DNA from: Parcubacteria group bacterium Gr01-1014_20
GTDB taxonomy: Bacteria; Patescibacteriota; Minisyncoccia; UBA6257; 2-01-FULL-56-20
Direction of reading: 5' to 3'
Assembly: GCA_007376265.1 (NCBI GenBank)
Contig: VMFW01000006.1
Span: 10,930 to 74,929 of the forward strand
Length of the DNA: 64,000 bases
The notes under the pieces: model-generated
Told to the model about the DNA's origin: nothing
Databases searched by the model: none
What the model saw: only the letters and a program-made list of their open reading frames with translations
Made by a program: the position numbers and the translations under genes
Part shown: positions 62,249 to 64,000 of the stretch, piece by piece
Layout: each line of letters begins with the position of its first letter
How positions within the stretch are numbered: the stretch's first letter is position 1

Positions 62249-62848
62249 TTACTTTTTGGGTTTGGATTCTGGCCAGCCGAGGGGCAACCCGATTCCGAAA
62301 CTAGCTGAGAAACCGGGTTCGATTTGACCCGATCTCCAGTCCAAAAAAGGTGTGAGTTGCAACCGAACTACGGCGGGAGTTTCCTTTTTTCCGATCGGGT
62401 GTAAGTAGCCGAGGCCAAGACCGAAACGGGCGCGGTTGTTACGATTTTTGCGGAAAGCCGAGCCGCCTTCGAAAGCTAGAAAGTAGGCTCGCTCGCGCAC
62501 CATGGTGAAGCGACTCGTGTGAATATTGAAGAAAACTCTCAAGTTTCCTCCGGCGCCATGAAAGCCGTTTAGCGCCCCCTTAATGCCTACCTGAAAGTTT
62601 CGACTGCCAAATCCAATGGCTCCGGCTGGAAAATTAGAGAGCGGGGTGTATTTGCTTAAAACCAGTTCGTAGGCTACCGGAAAAAAGAGCTCGAATGGTT
62701 TTTCATTCTCATAAGTTGAGTCGAAAACAACTTCGAGGCGATCAGTGTCAGTCGGTGGAGTTAGATTAAGAATCTCTCCTTTTCGTTGTCCATATGCTTT
62801 TTCTGAAACGAGGATGAACAGAAAAATCAAGACGACTCTACGTAGCAT
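62249..62848 (-). CDS. secreted beta-rich protein (signal peptide; possible small beta-barrel, PagL/OMP-like), hypothetical
   Basis: N-terminal VVLIFLFILVSEKAYG signal peptide. The mature part shows alternating hydrophobic patterns and Gly-rich turns. Confidence 0.4.
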   Translation of the reverse strand: MLRRVVLIFLFILVSEKAYGQRKGEILNLTPPTDTDRLEVVFDSTYENEKPFELFFPVAYELVLSKYTPLSNFPAGAIGFGSRNFQVGIKGALNGFHGAGGNLRVFFNIHTSRFTMVRERAYFLAFEGGSAFRKNRNNRARFGLGLGYLHPIGKKETPAVVRLQLTPFLDWRSGQIEPGFSASFGIGLPLGWPESKPKK

Positions 62849-62921
62849 CTAGGGCTCCTTTCGAGGCTGTAAAGTTCTTCTCCGAACATACTACTTCCTA
62901 GTAGTTATGTCAATTTCTGAT

Positions 62922-63629
62922 CTAAAATTTCAGAAATTTTTCCCAGTACTTATAAAGTTCACCGGTGGCGATTAAATCGCCAACATTGTATTTGGCGATT
63001 TCAAGACACTTACCCGCCTTAAACAGTTGTCCGACTTCGTCGCCGGAGACGCCATCGCTTTTAGGACTTTTAATACTGAAGGCGCGACTCCACAGGTGAA
63101 GATTGCCTTTTCGCCTAGAGGCGCCGTAGAAAGTGAGTTGGTCGAGAAGGTCGATGTGCCTAGTTGATCTTTGTTGATAAAGATAGCGACCTTCCATCAG
63201 ATCGCGCGTGGGCCGGATTTTATGAATGGCCGAACGAACAGTCAGAAACGGCACATCGAAAGCTCGGCCGTTAAAACTGATAAACTCGGTGTAATTTTTG
63301 GCTCCTTGCCAAAAACTTTCAAGCATCTCTTTTTCGGTGGTTGGCTTGAGACTAAAATTATTAAATTTTGCTTCCTTGGCTTTGCCACTCGGGTCGCTGA
63401 AATAGACTACACCCTGATCTTTTTCTAAATCTAAAACACCAATCGCGACAATCTCTCCGGTTAATGGCGAAAAACCAAGGCCGTTTTTTAAGTCTTCAAG
63501 AGCAGTTTCATACTCGCTTTCGCCCGAAGATTCTTTTTTGATCCAACGGGTTAGGCTTTCCTTGGTCGTGTCATCCAGAGTGTCAAAGTTCTCGCCAATA
63601 GTTTCGATGTCGAAAACGAGTTTGGGCAT
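62922..63629 (-). CDS. DnaQ-like 3'-5' exonuclease related to the PolB exonuclease domain (YprB / DNA_pol_B_exo2-like)
   Basis: From the ATG at 63629: MPKLVFDIETIG (Exo I), …FNGRAFDVPFL… (Exo II), …YNVGDL… (Exo III-like). The track ORF has a 51-aa spurious N-terminal extension. Confidence 0.6.
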   Translation of the reverse strand: MPKLVFDIETIGENFDTLDDTTKESLTRWIKKESSGESEYETALEDLKNGLGFSPLTGEIVAIGVLDLEKDQGVVYFSDPSGKAKEAKFNNFSLKPTTEKEMLESFWQGAKNYTEFISFNGRAFDVPFLTVRSAIHKIRPTRDLMEGRYLYQQRSTRHIDLLDQLTFYGASRRKGNLHLWSRAFSIKSPKSDGVSGDEVGQLFKAGKCLEIAKYNVGDLIATGELYKYWEKFLKF

Positions 63630-63732
63630 ATTTTTGGTATTATAGCTTATTTGACTTATGTTTTGTTTTAGGGTAGAATGTGTCGGTTCGAATCGATATT
63701 TGCTAATTGAAACTTTAATCAAAGGAGGAGTA

Positions 63733-64000
63733 GTGCGATCCAAGCTGACTGCCATTGGCGTCATCACTCTATTTCTTGCCATCGGAATGACTTCTCAGGT
63801 CTCGGCGCAAGAAGAACTACAACGCCTTTCAATCTCGGGAGCCGTAGGCGTTTACTCGAAGTACATAGTGGAGAATGGCGCCCTTTGGCACAAAGACCCT
63901 GTGTTCCAAGGTAATGTAACGTTGAAATTCAATCGGTGTGGAGGCTACTTGGACGTTTGGGCATCCAAGGATTTCGACAACATCGGAAACTACGGCGAGG
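63733..64000 (+). CDS. secreted hypothetical protein, 5' part (runs off the right edge)
   Basis: GTG start at 63733 with AAAGGAGG 6 nt upstream. Translation VRSKLTAIGVITLFLAIGMTSQVSAQE begins with a signal peptide. Confidence 0.4.
   Translation, partial: MRSKLTAIGVITLFLAIGMTSQVSAQEELQRLSISGAVGVYSKYIVENGALWHKDPVFQGNVTLKFNRCGGYLDVWASKDFDNIGNYGE

Noticed and set aside
62249-62848. Calling the 199-aa secreted protein an outer-membrane PagL lipid-A deacylase
   Set aside because: The resemblance is only a beta-strand pattern and Gly-rich turns. There is no His/Ser catalytic pair to align, and the C-terminus is a lysine tail (PESKPKK) rather than the terminal aromatic residue typical of outer-membrane beta-barrels. 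It is left as hypothetical.
1-64000. Looked for CRISPR arrays, rRNA genes, integrases, transposases and phage structural genes
   Set aside because: None were recognised. There are no regularly spaced direct repeats, no rRNA-like conserved blocks, and no tyrosine or serine recombinase or DDE transposase motifs in any frame. The GC-rich islands therefore lack an identifiable mobility gene within this window.

Overview
This 64 kb window reads as a compact, gene-dense bacterial chromosome segment. Baseline GC is roughly 43-45% by eye. Proteins are short and many genes overlap their neighbours, which is typical of small-genome uncultivated lineages such as CPR/Patescibacteria; that placement is inference only.

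Housekeeping genes identified:
- gltX, partial at the left edge
- murG-ftsW
- split comEC
- trmD
- secDF
- hrcA-grpE-dnaK-dnaJ, with a CIRCE operator
- corA, cysS, dnaB, recR, ychF
- an oxidative pentose-phosphate block: ROK kinase, PGI/PMI, gnd, zwf and a glutaredoxin
- gdh
- a UvrD-family helicase fused to a Cas4-like nuclease
- one intact tRNA-Lys(TTT)

No rRNA, CRISPR array, integrase or transposase was recognised.

The most unusual content:
1. An 845-aa protein at 38201-40738 with the architecture of a eukaryote-type major vault protein, sitting in a visibly GC-richer patch.
2. A six-gene translationally coupled operon at 6069-13223 behind a near-consensus promoter. It links a sigma-70 region-4-only protein, a 2-TM membrane protein, an FtsK/HerA/TraD-like ATPase with a Pro-rich tail, trmD and a split comEC.
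3. A GC-rich island at about 55.8-62.1 kb carrying a GHKL-type ATPase, an XRE regulator, an extended sigma factor and uncharacterised proteins.
4. A second GC-rich island at about 17.9-20.4 kb with paralogous small membrane proteins, a 59-aa secreted peptide and an orphan RsbW/SpoIIAB-like anti-sigma kinase.
5. A tRNA-Lys-like gene split at its anticodon loop by a 152-nt insert that contains the intact tRNA-Lys, followed by direct repeats of a tRNA 3' end.
6. A two-hairpin sequence motif present at two loci, with compensatory base changes between the copies.
7. A perfect 20-bp inverted repeat in a divergent intergenic region.

All calls come from reading the translations and sequence by eye. 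No database search was run.
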